Shown here: one piece after another, positions 28,701 through 36,763 of the stretch | Layout: each line of letters opens with the position of its first letter | How positions within the stretch are numbered: position 1 is the first letter of the stretch | The notes under the pieces: model-generated | What the model saw: only the letters and a program-made list of their open reading frames with translations | What the model was told of the DNA's origin: nothing | Database searches by the model: none | Made by a program: the position numbers and the translations under genes | Source of the DNA: a virus | Length of the DNA stretch: 64,000 bases | Virus record (IMG/VR): IMGVR_UViG_3300027733_000049 | Span: 1 to 64,000 of that record | Reading direction: 5' to 3' (one strand)

Positions 28701-29233
28701 CGCCATACTCTGTGGTTAATAGCTTGTATCGTGCCAAACAACTAGCATCTGAAGGGCATACAGAGCGTGCAGTTGAAGCGGCACTGCCCATTGGTCTGCG
28801 TAACATCCTCAAAGGTGGACGCTATGCCGTTGAAGGTGCAAATACATTACGTGGTGACCCAGTGATGGGTGAGATCAACGGATACAACGCCGCCATGCAA
28901 GTTATGGGATTTGCCCCTGCTGACTTGATGGCACAGTACGAAGAAAACGCCTACGCCAAGAAAAAGGGCGACACCATTAGCGGTATGGAGAAGAAGTACC
29001 TCAAACAGTATTACGTTGCTGACCGCATGGGAGACTATGAACGTGCTGATGAGTTGCGTCAGAAGTTGTATGACTTAGGTGACAAGTACCCTGAGTTGAA
29101 AATTACTGAATCCACGATTACAAAGTCTGTTAAAAATCGGGATCGCATCTCAGAGGATATGTATCACGGGGTGCAGTTGAATAAGAAGCTACGCCCAATT
29201 ATTGAACGTGATATTGCAGAACTGCGTGACTGA
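22748..29233 (+). CDS. Large polyvalent ejection protein (2161 aa) with zincin motif and FtsK-gamma-like wHTH
   Basis: ILHEMSH (26090-26104) plus downstream EFVAEAWSN; DPLFEYAV...RALEILAQMDSEG; last gene of the structural operon. Confidence 0.7.
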   Translation: MIINLPKLGDVEFPDNVTPEQLNGLLGKLSEKYDFRLPKPEASLGTIAKRGVMRSLGETGIAFGDLAPAMLNEFVGGDKEYTQRQMGEAQASREELQRKYPTRFKSYKNIDSPFEAIEYGAETLGELIPTAATTMIPGAGAGVVGGRMAAGNVMRSALQAGPLSRAGMATAQTAAKEAGQVAGRRAMYAGNYMGSFAQNAPEVFEGIYQETGKFEPGIAALAGGISSVLDSIVPTKVMDQLGTYGKLKLVEKLAKESGAAPNVWKRIGIDAAKTAATEGLTESAQESIGAYAEQVAGSAKGILDPENIQRYKESFVKGAIGGSAFAVPQAVSQYRTIKRDQFATKEAQDALAQQDQLAKQQAQQPTAMQQQVMKAAQPQPGVPRTQEELEEAFRYTQEELGILQKRMDESRPGSPAYAELDAAIKAKQVEADKISQEKAKTSVFAAAKPNEQGLYPAQQPVDVNTVKSLGVNPTSKAAQSLMGLDLNTPEGVTTFVQTLEDPGYKGSINEAAYNSLVSTFDPATVATARESLKGAPNVARPNAPTGGTSTKVASQPSGGQPTAGATTSKRDGMVSTGQNVDNTVGGEGQPTTPVATFQTSKGSTYIVGTDGKTSRTKLSPGKGQGETYEPHTALFVNPGDHTEILSDMQGGMGDHSVRLGYMANGKFVQIQSISEIPDGAEPKVGVFNKKTGATVGMYGAATAPAMGLHPVEKLYKTDGTASTHVGNSITKIDKAVAEESQELDPLFEYAVSLIQTGVEPTPSALAKELDIDQERALEILAQMDSEGMFDEIAKQNAIEVGKRKPPPKQPPVGTVKTINIPQEEVVTEVDKTNASDKEKVKALADSKSKTPKEKDARAYFGRLELGLALRTIANDLVLQPTRYRNSLMTSLKDSPEGAEPLFKDEAEAKLHRGQGGVHTRNASEWVRENLSPKNVAYMDKWVAQYTKEDQRAQRFSKKFEKQQEQRANVETQVKEESQAAKKQGEYVPTAEEAAEAAATETLVEKGKKNLQTLAYELENDLYGSDEDLLASKDIAALFNQAHPVVLDLLARGQLTRALQSLSDTASSEFVRRTAETLSKVTGTTKLVYGAKESRFDPATNTVYLRDSATDYEILHEMSHAGLSHIISNPSHPVTKQLGQIFAQIKGDIDGAYGAKNLQEFVAEAWSNEDFRGHLKEKYAPGNKLSVWDKIMNVLRRMIGYPPKTQESVLDSVDRMLNQIASVAPDMRKGDSLYAQAMQHPNLAQKVMGKVDDVIQQQQVMTPERAAEWVGKAENMGISFRSAMQRFLNLSALGQVGSNYVGRDAITFSDKVNEMAGYYENLMNKLKPLVDREEAFAKTDRYQFWSTLVNDSTVEDVNPTAPRKNYEGSPEKLAAWDQLNRRYNTLTDTEKKLYNDHFSAFKEMFKELKASIRGSLNQTFRNEDGSPDDARISSAYEKIMDKITKMGIDHYSPLYRHGSFWLVYTDKNTNESVSKLFESQAERRLERNKLETEGHTGFDEPVRMDQMKSKSVPRGTVAADIVKIMKDGNADEKAIDAFYQLIVSALPETSVLKSFQKRKNTPGYIDDAALAFTNVTSNMARQLSRMKYNEELKGLVDKMRTTVGQSRGKDALRGAEVVKELEARREFAMNPTLSDISRYASGGAFYFNLAGNISSAVVNLVQTPMATYPQLGGEYGYLEAGRALIAATKLYGSSGLSRIVTDINGQQSTEKAMLSVENLVNAGKAPQYKELVKRLNELGFLQNTTMREALEASNRGEINKGKSSDLMNDVTQKATFLFHHAERANREVSAIATYDLEMQKLKNNKQMNDEQKQAQAIEKAVRMLEFTHGASHTESAPSIGHSDIGKILTVFKRFGFTMYYMLFDTIRRSLPIAGATGKELEGIQAARRQLIGTYGMAGIFAGAKGLPLYWVAELAYNALNDDDEDDFDAVMRKYLGELAFKGPVNYFTNLGIADRVGWTDLIYRENKGDKADASALSQFVESVLGAPYSVVNSLYRAKQLASEGHTERAVEAALPIGLRNILKGGRYAVEGANTLRGDPVMGEINGYNAAMQVMGFAPADLMAQYEENAYAKKKGDTISGMEKKYLKQYYVADRMGDYERADELRQKLYDLGDKYPELKITESTITKSVKNRDRISEDMYHGVQLNKKLRPIIERDIAELRD

Positions 29234-29236
29234 ATG

Positions 29237-29265
29237 AAAAAACCCTCCGGTTTTTAGCCGGAGGG
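29237..29265 (-). terminator. Intrinsic terminator at the convergence of the two gene blocks
   Basis: AAAAAA-CCCTCCGG-TTTTTAG-CCGGAGGG; U-tract on the - strand. Confidence 0.7.
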
Positions 29266-29332
29266 AAAGATCAGGAAGATCAGCAACTGGAAGGAGAGGA
29301 GATCAAGTTGCTAGGCGAACTCTATCACATGA

Positions 29333-29533
29333 TCATCCAATGCGCCAGACTCTCACACCCTGTGTGCCGTTTTCCAAACAAAAGCGTGACTTGACAGTCA
29401 TATTTCGCTTTCGTGCTTCTTGCTTTATATCCTCTGCCAACTTTTCAGGGTCTAGCGTCGGGATATAAAACGAACTACCAATTATAAACTTGTGCCATTC
29501 TATAATAACTGGCACACCGCTATTGTGGATCAT
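29333..29533 (-). CDS. Small conserved protein (ends GVRVWRIG)
   Basis: Start refined to MIHNSG at 29533. Confidence 0.55.
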   Translation of the reverse strand: MIHNSGVPVIIEWHKFIIGSSFYIPTLDPEKLAEDIKQEARKRNMTVKSRFCLENGTQGVRVWRIG

Positions 29534-32381
29534 CTGATGGTGATGGTGGTGTATCTTCCGGATCAAGTACTGTTGCTTTTGCGCAATCGATTACCAAAGC
29601 ACTTACAGATGGCGTGGTCATATCTGATCCACGGGACATGGCTTTCTTGACAACACCAAGCGATGCACCCAGTTTATTCAGGTCATCAACCAACGATTTG
29701 TATGAAACTTGATTGTCGCTACACCAGTCCCGCAGTATCTTGACTGTGATAAATAGATGCTTGGTATCAGGCTCGTACCGAGTAATCAATTCTCCACGGG
29801 GTTCCCGTATCGGCACTTCGAACAGCCCTGACCGTTTGTCAGATGTGCTTTTAACAATCAACATATTGTTGTTGTGCTTGTTCAAAAATAATCCTAGGTG
29901 TGCCATTGGACCTGACGCGCCGGGGCGCACTTCAACTCTCATCCTACCAATTGTTTCCACAGCCCACTTATACACTGCTGCCACATCAATGTTGTGAAGT
30001 CCTAACTTCTTTGTAATTAAACCGGAAGTGATGGCACATGCCGCCTTCGCAGACCAAAAGCGTTCACGCTGAGTAAGCCCTGCCGCCTTGTCAAACTTGC
30101 GTTGGATTTTCTCCAACATCTTTTTAACTTCAGGCAGATTGGTAATGACGTAGCGAATGAATACTTCACCTGCCACACCGTAGTTGTCGTACATAGCGTT
30201 GAAAGCCGAATCAGACTCAGCCTTCGTCATGTTGTCGGTCTTAGAGATTGTGAACTCCAAGATACGCATTAACTCACCTTCAGGGAAGTCCTTCAAGTTG
30301 AACAACTGATCGTACAAGCTCTTGTTGCCTGATGTAATTGCTATCAAAGCCCAGCGCAGTGTATTGCTACGCTCTGCATTAACTTGTGACTGCATACGGT
30401 TACGCCCCCGACCATGCGTAATGCTGTACGCCATGTTGCTAACTTCTTCGTCAGCCATGTTGGTCAACTCATCAATCGTTGCAGGCAAATTACCAAGAAT
30501 AGAAACACGGTGCATACGGGCAAGGTACTTGTCCTCCTGATTCATCAAGGTCTCAATAGGGCGACCCCAAATGCTGTTGACCATGTGCTGAACCGTGGTC
30601 TTGCCCACACCCGAGCCGTTGTTAGTCAGGTGGATGATGCCGCCACTGAGGTTAGTGAACTTGAACAACGCAGAACCAAATCCTGCAAACAAAATAAATG
30701 CACGGTCTTCGTTACCGGCACGGGAGTAGTTGTTAGCCAACTTAGCCCACTCATGGATCGTACCTTTCTTGGAATACATAGCCGCCAACTCAGCCGTTGC
30801 CGATGATGATGGGCTGTAGTTGACCCCTGCCGCAGTGATCTCACGGTTGCCTACGACAAACGTTTCATCGTTATCACACCAACCAAATTGTTGACGTGCC
30901 TTTTCTGCTTCTGATAGTTGCTGTAATTCATTTACCCATCGGGTGATATATGCCATAAGTCCATCCAATCTTTTGTTATATGCGGTAACCCCTTGATAAG
31001 CCAGTACTTCACGGAACTTGTCCTTTGACAGCACACTCGCCAACGGGCAGGAAAATTCACGGATTCCATCTTTAGGCATGTGTAACCGCATCCATAAAGA
31101 TTCACCCGTATCAGGGTCAGTAAGTCGTTTGACTACATACAAGTCGTATTCATAAATCAACGTATCTCGTTCTTCTTCATCGTCCTCGTCCTTCTTCTTG
31201 GCTTTATCAGACTGGATTCCACGCTTGTACACGCCACCATTCTTTCCACGAAAATACGGAAATGGGTACTCCGGAATCTCAACTGTAATTTCTTCTTCCA
31301 ACGTAGCATTGCGCATTACTACAATGTTGTCCTCTGCGGTAGCCTCTGCAATCTGCGAACCAATCTGAATGGGCGATGTGATCTTGCCTTTGTTGGGACA
31401 GTCAACGCATCCATCAGGATTTAGCCCTGCAAAAGTAGAACACTTGTATGGCTTTGTAAGTAATAGGTTTGCTTTGTCCCGTGTTTCTTTTGGGTCGTAC
31501 TCAGGGTGACCATGCGAAATCTTGTGGATAGCCAACTCACCATCTTCACAATTTACAGCAATCGACAGCCCTGCTCTCCACAACGGCTCTTCAGTAGCCT
31601 CTTGGTTTCGATACACTGAAACAAGTTGTGCGCAACCTTTACCTTGTGCGCTCTTACGCATGATCGTTCCAAACCGTGACACGCTGTTACCCATCAAAGC
31701 ACGGGTCGTTGCATCCATTGGTTGTTTACGTACAGGGGTAGCAAACGGTAGATCAGCATCCCCATCGTCCACTGTGATACCAACGATAGCTTGGAATCTG
31801 CTGAACTCTATGGGTTGTGAACTCACCAAAACATTTACGGGTTTGGGTGGTGAGTCCTTGAAGTTTAATGTTTCCGGTACTCGTAGGATGCGAGCTGCAT
31901 CGGCTGTAACAGCGGGATCTGCATACAAGTTGTAGGAAGCACAGAACTTCTTAAACGCTTCAGCAGTTGGCTTCCAATCGTTGTAGAAAATTGTTTCTGT
32001 TAATGCCCAGTATGCGTGAACGCCACGCCCTGAGTTTATAAGTGTTGGTCTTGGGAGTCCGGTTGTCTGTACAAACTGTTTGAGTGCATCTATTGCTTGT
32101 GCTTGTGTTTCATAGGGCTTGTTATCACCGCAATCAAGGTCAAGCCAAAAGGCTTTGAACCATTTTGCGTTCTGCGCTGTACGTCCTTCTGAAACGTTCA
32201 GATATTTTGCACATCCAAAGTACGCATCGTATCCTTGTGCAATTAGTCCTTCTACTACACCGTCAATCTCTTCTAATGTCTCTACAAAAGTCTGTCTAGG
32301 CGCACCCTTCTTCAACCCCACCACACAGTACATGCCATCAGGGGCAAGCACCGATGAGAGAAAGGGAATCCTTGAGGTCAT
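29520..32381 (-). CDS. Primase-helicase (AEP/RepB-like primase, Zn motif, DUF927-type helicase)
   Basis: FWLDLD, NSGRGVHAYW, RILRVP; C...CVDC; Walker A GSGVGKTT; IDELTN. Confidence 0.85.
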   Translation of the reverse strand: MTSRIPFLSSVLAPDGMYCVVGLKKGAPRQTFVETLEEIDGVVEGLIAQGYDAYFGCAKYLNVSEGRTAQNAKWFKAFWLDLDCGDNKPYETQAQAIDALKQFVQTTGLPRPTLINSGRGVHAYWALTETIFYNDWKPTAEAFKKFCASYNLYADPAVTADAARILRVPETLNFKDSPPKPVNVLVSSQPIEFSRFQAIVGITVDDGDADLPFATPVRKQPMDATTRALMGNSVSRFGTIMRKSAQGKGCAQLVSVYRNQEATEEPLWRAGLSIAVNCEDGELAIHKISHGHPEYDPKETRDKANLLLTKPYKCSTFAGLNPDGCVDCPNKGKITSPIQIGSQIAEATAEDNIVVMRNATLEEEITVEIPEYPFPYFRGKNGGVYKRGIQSDKAKKKDEDDEEERDTLIYEYDLYVVKRLTDPDTGESLWMRLHMPKDGIREFSCPLASVLSKDKFREVLAYQGVTAYNKRLDGLMAYITRWVNELQQLSEAEKARQQFGWCDNDETFVVGNREITAAGVNYSPSSSATAELAAMYSKKGTIHEWAKLANNYSRAGNEDRAFILFAGFGSALFKFTNLSGGIIHLTNNGSGVGKTTVQHMVNSIWGRPIETLMNQEDKYLARMHRVSILGNLPATIDELTNMADEEVSNMAYSITHGRGRNRMQSQVNAERSNTLRWALIAITSGNKSLYDQLFNLKDFPEGELMRILEFTISKTDNMTKAESDSAFNAMYDNYGVAGEVFIRYVITNLPEVKKMLEKIQRKFDKAAGLTQRERFWSAKAACAITSGLITKKLGLHNIDVAAVYKWAVETIGRMRVEVRPGASGPMAHLGLFLNKHNNNMLIVKSTSDKRSGLFEVPIREPRGELITRYEPDTKHLFITVKILRDWCSDNQVSYKSLVDDLNKLGASLGVVKKAMSRGSDMTTPSVSALVIDCAKATVLDPEDTPPSPSDDPQ

Positions 32382-32429
32382 TGTTCGCTCTTAAAAAATA
32401 CCGATAACCTACTGGCGATAGGTTAAAAG

Positions 32430-32687
32430 TCAAATTGTTGATTGGTTGCTTTTGGCTCTGAGTGTCTTGATGACTTCGGCAATCGTTTCTCGCATCTTGG
32501 GGTGGGGCAATGATCTGCCCAAGAACCACATATATGCCGCTTGCCTTGATACACCAATATATTCAGCTACATCTTGCACCGGAATGTCTCGGTCAATACA
32601 TATGCGTCCAAGTTGCACACCAATATGTTTTTGGTCTGCCGCCTTGTTTGCTTGTATAAACTTTCGTGAATAGCCTGTGTTGTTCAT
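32430..32687 (-). CDS. XRE/Cro-like helix-turn-helix regulator
   Basis: VQDVAEYIGVSRQAAYMWFLG..P. Confidence 0.75.
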   Translation of the reverse strand: MNNTGYSRKFIQANKAADQKHIGVQLGRICIDRDIPVQDVAEYIGVSRQAAYMWFLGRSLPHPKMRETIAEVIKTLRAKSNQSTI

Positions 32688-32696
32688 AGTGAAGGT

Positions 32697-32746
32697 GGGG
32701 GTACTAACCGCTCGTCCGCAAGCAAAAATTGCACGGCTTTCCCCCC
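32697..32746 (-). ncRNA. Candidate cis-regulatory RNA with loop-E motif
   Basis: - strand GGGGG-GAA-AGCCG...CGGUU-AGUA-CCCCC with internal GCAA/UUGC hairpin. Confidence 0.4.
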
Positions 32747-32751
32747 GATAT

Positions 32752-32991
32752 TTATAAATTTATATCACTCACAAGTCCGTAAGTGCCACGATTCCACAAA
32801 AGGGTTTGCACCCTTGTAGCACCCAAACGAATTAGTTCTTCTTCACTGAAGCGTTGCTTAGTAACACGGGGATACCCCGGTCCTACAAACACACTACCGT
32901 TACGAAAGTGCGGTACATAAACCACTTCACCAAACTTCAAAGCAGTTTGGAATTCACGTGGTGCAGAGTCAGAAGTGTTACGTCTAGACAT
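32752..32991 (-). CDS. Hypothetical protein
   Basis: Coupled to the upstream stop. Confidence 0.5.
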   Translation of the reverse strand: MSRRNTSDSAPREFQTALKFGEVVYVPHFRNGSVFVGPGYPRVTKQRFSEEELIRLGATRVQTLLWNRGTYGLVSDINL

Positions 32992-33869
32992 TACTCAGCC
33001 CAATCATCTAAGATTGCATCCACATCTTTTGGTGCGGCTTTCTTAACACGCTTTGTTGGCTCGACTTCAGGGGCTACTTCAGCCTCAACCTTTGGTGCGG
33101 CTTTTGGCGCAGGGGCTTCAATGGCTTTGGATTTCACACCATCTGTCTGTGCAACAGTAGAAGCAGTAGCGGCTTTGGCATCTGCGGACTGACCCTTCTC
33201 CTGACAAGTTGTCATCTCCTCTTCTTCCAAAGGACGCACGGCTTTGAACGTCAGCTTGGGTGTTGCACTTGCAGTATCAAAGCGCATCTCTGTCACGACT
33301 GCTGTAACTGGCAGACCATGACCGCCCAAGAACTTAGCATAAGCCTGCAAAGGCATCTTGCCATTCTCAGCGTTACCAAAGATTGACTGCGCAGGAAGCG
33401 TCAGTTGATACACATCTCCTTGGAGATCGTTCTCAAGGGTAACTGCCAATCGTTGGCTGTAACGGCAAGCACGACCATTGCCCTGTCCTGAACCTGCAAT
33501 GTTTTGTGGGCAGTTAGCGCACTTCGATGCTTGTGGTTCATCAACTTTAGTATCAGGGGTGACACCATCGTTTGACCAACATGTGGGGGCAACATTTTTG
33601 CCTTCTTCATAAGTACCTTCATAGTAGCTACGTGAAACGTGGGGGTTAGCCGCAACGATCACAATGTTCATTGAACGATCTTCGTTCTGTGCAATCTCTT
33701 TACCGTCAACAAGCATACGGAATACATTGCCACGGATTGAGATGCGCTTACCAGTTGAGCCGCTACCACTAGAACCCATGAGGGCTTTTGTAGTTGCATC
33801 CAATTCTAGATTGCGTAAGTGTGCGGGTAAATTGTTACCACCTTTTGAAAATAGAGTCATTGCTGTCAT
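32991..33869 (-). CDS. Putative ssDNA-binding / replication accessory protein
   Basis: P.CWS.DG..P...C..CPQN..GSG...ACR motif; acidic aromatic tail DAILDDWAE. Confidence 0.55.
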   Translation of the reverse strand: MTAMTLFSKGGNNLPAHLRNLELDATTKALMGSSGSGSTGKRISIRGNVFRMLVDGKEIAQNEDRSMNIVIVAANPHVSRSYYEGTYEEGKNVAPTCWSNDGVTPDTKVDEPQASKCANCPQNIAGSGQGNGRACRYSQRLAVTLENDLQGDVYQLTLPAQSIFGNAENGKMPLQAYAKFLGGHGLPVTAVVTEMRFDTASATPKLTFKAVRPLEEEEMTTCQEKGQSADAKAATASTVAQTDGVKSKAIEAPAPKAAPKVEAEVAPEVEPTKRVKKAAPKDVDAILDDWAE

Positions 33870-33884
33870 TTAGTTTCTCCTGAG

Positions 33885-34118
33885 TTAAAGAGCGATCCAT
33901 TCGCCATTGTGATCCACGTACTGTGTATCGAGATTACCGTCACACCATGTAATGATGTGTCCGATTGATGGGACTTGTTCTACAAAGAACTTGATAGTCC
34001 TTGTCATGTCAGTGCAATTGCCAGCAGGCATGTGAACGTGACCCACATTCTTTATTAGGTCGTAGGTTACGTTTGTAACTTCACACCCAAAATAGTGGTG
34101 ATCAATAGCACTACTCAT
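33885..34118 (-). CDS. Hypothetical protein
   Basis: SD AGGAG; coupled ORF. Confidence 0.5.
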   Translation of the reverse strand: MSSAIDHHYFGCEVTNVTYDLIKNVGHVHMPAGNCTDMTRTIKFFVEQVPSIGHIITWCDGNLDTQYVDHNGEWIAL

Positions 34119-34291
34119 TTAGTGTCTCCTGATGTATTTGTCATGGCTTCAAGGTCTGAGCGTTTGACTCGTACCTTTGTGCCTACTTTGAAATGCGGAA
34201 TCTTTCCCGCACGGATTAGCGCATAGACCGTCTGTCGAGAGACACGCAAGTATTTTGCTACCTCTTCAACGGTCAGAGTTTCAACTTCCAT
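34115..34291 (-). CDS. Excisionase-like HTH (HTH_17) protein, 58 aa (absent from ORF track)
   Basis: Hand translation MEVETLTVEEVAKYLRVSRQTVYALIRAGKIPHFKVGTKVRVKRSDL; SD AGGAGG. Confidence 0.8.
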   Translation of the reverse strand: MEVETLTVEEVAKYLRVSRQTVYALIRAGKIPHFKVGTKVRVKRSDLEAMTNTSGDTK

Positions 34292-34688
34292 TTGAAGTCC
34301 TCCTGATGGTTACAGAATATTTAGAATCGACATTCATGCCAATTGGCATCATGTCGGGGTTTTCGTCAAGCAACTGTCTCATCGTGGTCTGACTGATGCG
34401 CTTCTCTAAAAGTTCAGGCATCTTGTGTTCCATGATGAAGTTGTGCATGGCTTGCCAATCACTTGTCCAGTAACGGGTTTTGACACCACGTATTACCGTA
34501 CCGTGTTGGGTTTTAAGACTATCAGCACCAACGGATTTACAGAGGTCAAGCAATCTGCCTTCCACTGTTTCCATCTGTTCTTTTATAGTCCCGTCCTGCT
34601 CTTCGTACTCTCGCAGAAGTTCAGCACGTTTGTCCCGCATTTTTATGTATGCGGTGACAAGTCTATCAGCCGAAATGGTTTCGGTCAT
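34281..34688 (-). CDS. Conserved phage replication-module protein
   Basis: YIKMRD coiled coil, S.KT.HGTV, DW..M..FI.E...ELLEKRI. Confidence 0.6.
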   Translation of the reverse strand: MTETISADRLVTAYIKMRDKRAELLREYEEQDGTIKEQMETVEGRLLDLCKSVGADSLKTQHGTVIRGVKTRYWTSDWQAMHNFIMEHKMPELLEKRISQTTMRQLLDENPDMMPIGMNVDSKYSVTIRRTSNGS

Positions 34689-34714
34689 GTTCCTCTCCTT
34701 CTATTTATGTTTTG

Positions 34715-34742
34715 ATATTACACCTAAATTTTACAATGTCAA
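34715..34742 (-). promoter_or_regulatory. Putative sigma70 promoter
   Basis: TTGACA-16 nt-TAATAT on - strand upstream of 34688. Confidence 0.55.
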
Positions 34743-34748
34743 GAGTTA

Positions 34749-36296
34749 TTATCTCAGTAGTTCCCCGTATAACTGAATAATTTTGTGATGTATATCAACC
34801 TTGCTGTTGAGCATGGTGTACATACGTCTCTCGACTCCACTACCTTGCAGATGCACGACGGTCGTAGGGTTCTTTTGCCCTGCTCTGTGTACCCGTGCGT
34901 TGCATTGCAAATACGTTTCCACGGACATCACTGGACTCCAATACACAATTGTGTTTGCGGCATGGAGTGTGACACCGTGTGATGCGGCTTGCGGTTGGAT
35001 GACCAACACTTGCAAGTCATTCTTTGTTTGGAAGCGTTCAAATATTTCAGAACGCTTTGATGCAGATACCCCACCATGAATTACAGTAGTAGGATACCCA
35101 TGTTTCTTTAAATCGTCAGCTACAACTTCAATAGCATGACGATAGGGTACGAACACCAGAACCTTGTGACTTGATTCCTCTATAACTTCTCGTAGTATGG
35201 CTAAACGATTGCTTGCATCAAAGTGAATCACCTCGCCTGTATCTGAATACACAGCACCACCTGATAGTTGTAGTAGCTTATTCAAATTAGCCGCAGCATT
35301 TACTGTTGTTATCTCCTCACCTGCCGCTTGCACTATCAATTGCTTGCGTAGCAGTTCGTAGTATTTCGTTTGCTGTGCCGTAAGCGGTACATCTCGTGTG
35401 ACATAAGTCATCTCAGGCAAGTCAAGACATTCTTCTTTTGTAAATCGTATTGCGGGTTGCAACGCCTTATACACCACGTTGTCTGCATCAGGTTTTGGAA
35501 CCCACTTAAACTGAGTGACCTTATTCATAACCTGATCTCTAAAGCCTCCAAAGAATCTAGGGACTCCATCAGGGTTTACAAGTTTGGCGATGCCGTATGC
35601 GTCTGTTGGTGACTGTGATGCAGGCGTGCCAGTTAACATCCACAGCCATGTATCGGGCGTGACTAGTTTGCTCAACACCTTCCAACGTCTTGTCTGTGGA
35701 TTTTTATATGCGTTAGCCTCGTCAATGACGATTAGATCAAAGCCACCCTGTGCAATGGTGTCCGCAATGATCTCTACACCATCGTAATTCACAATAATAA
35801 ATTCAGCCTCACCTTTAATTATTTCTTTACGCTTCTCAGGCTTGCCATACGCAACATCCACCTTGCGGTGCATAGCGAATTTGAACAAGTCATTACGCCA
35901 AGCGGAATCCATAATCGATAGTGGGCATATCACAAGCACACGTTTTATGCGATTGAGTGTCATCAGGTAATCAGCCGCCCATATCACTGAAGCAGTTTTA
36001 CCAGTGCCTTGTTCATTAAAACAAAATGCGCGTCTGTGTAACGTCAAGAACGAGGAAGTTTCTCGTTGGTGATCGAACGGTTTAAATAGCCCGGGCCACT
36101 TGTATGATGCGTTTATCGGTGAAGGTATTGGTATGCGTAAGTTCTTCAGAACTATGGCTTCCTCTAACCCCCAGTTAACTAACACATCTGAATGTCCATC
36201 AAATGTTTGTATTACCTTACTCTTTGGGATCACAGTTGTGATGCGATCCGGATTGCGTACCTTGAGCAATACTGCTCTGTTATCTATGATCTCCAT
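34749..36296 (-). CDS. SNF2-family helicase
   Basis: EQGTGKT, IVIDEA, LTGTP, HGVTL, ARVHRAGQ; start refined to MEIID. Confidence 0.85.
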   Translation of the reverse strand: MEIIDNRAVLLKVRNPDRITTVIPKSKVIQTFDGHSDVLVNWGLEEAIVLKNLRIPIPSPINASYKWPGLFKPFDHQRETSSFLTLHRRAFCFNEQGTGKTASVIWAADYLMTLNRIKRVLVICPLSIMDSAWRNDLFKFAMHRKVDVAYGKPEKRKEIIKGEAEFIIVNYDGVEIIADTIAQGGFDLIVIDEANAYKNPQTRRWKVLSKLVTPDTWLWMLTGTPASQSPTDAYGIAKLVNPDGVPRFFGGFRDQVMNKVTQFKWVPKPDADNVVYKALQPAIRFTKEECLDLPEMTYVTRDVPLTAQQTKYYELLRKQLIVQAAGEEITTVNAAANLNKLLQLSGGAVYSDTGEVIHFDASNRLAILREVIEESSHKVLVFVPYRHAIEVVADDLKKHGYPTTVIHGGVSASKRSEIFERFQTKNDLQVLVIQPQAASHGVTLHAANTIVYWSPVMSVETYLQCNARVHRAGQKNPTTVVHLQGSGVERRMYTMLNSKVDIHHKIIQLYGELLR

Positions 36297-36344
36297 GCCA
36301 TCTCCAATAGCGTTGCACTTCAAACACGGTGTTTGAAGGAAAAT

Positions 36345-36480
36345 CCCCGTCTTTCCGAGGTGTCAGTCAGTTCCCAACTGAAAGGAATGTCGTACTGACT
36401 GGTGCGGTTATTCCATGAAACAGGATGTTAGTCCTCGGTCTTGCTATCACTCACACCTTACTTCGCTTGACTCACGTAAT
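36345..36480 (-). ncRNA. Candidate structured intergenic RNA
   Basis: Stems CAGUCAGU/ACUGACUG, UUCC/GGAA, AGGA/UCCU and CCUCG-GAAAGA-CGGGG in a ~200-nt gap. Confidence 0.4.
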
Positions 36481-36502
36481 TCAAATACAATCAATCTCCA
36501 AC

Positions 36503-36763
36503 TTACGCCATCGACTTATCAGACTTGCGCCTGAAAGAACGATTCTTTGAGGGGGCTTGCAACTTATAACCGTCTGCATTACTGCCACCCTTTGATAAGG
36601 CTTTGACGTGGGCAACATCTTTACCCGTGCGGTCAACGCCCTTCTTATCTAATGCTCGTCTAGCACGCTGTCGCTCCATACGGGCTTCATGCGCACCTGA
36701 ACGTTTTTTCTCTAAATCCCATTCGTGTTTAGCGTCACGATCCGTTTTGTTTTTGTACGGCAT
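36503..36763 (-). CDS. Small HNH-like protein
   Basis: GKDVAHVKALSKGGSN....L...S.NRS pattern. Confidence 0.6.
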   Translation of the reverse strand: MPYKNKTDRDAKHEWDLEKKRSGAHEARMERQRARRALDKKGVDRTGKDVAHVKALSKGGSNADGYKLQAPSKNRSFRRKSDKSMA

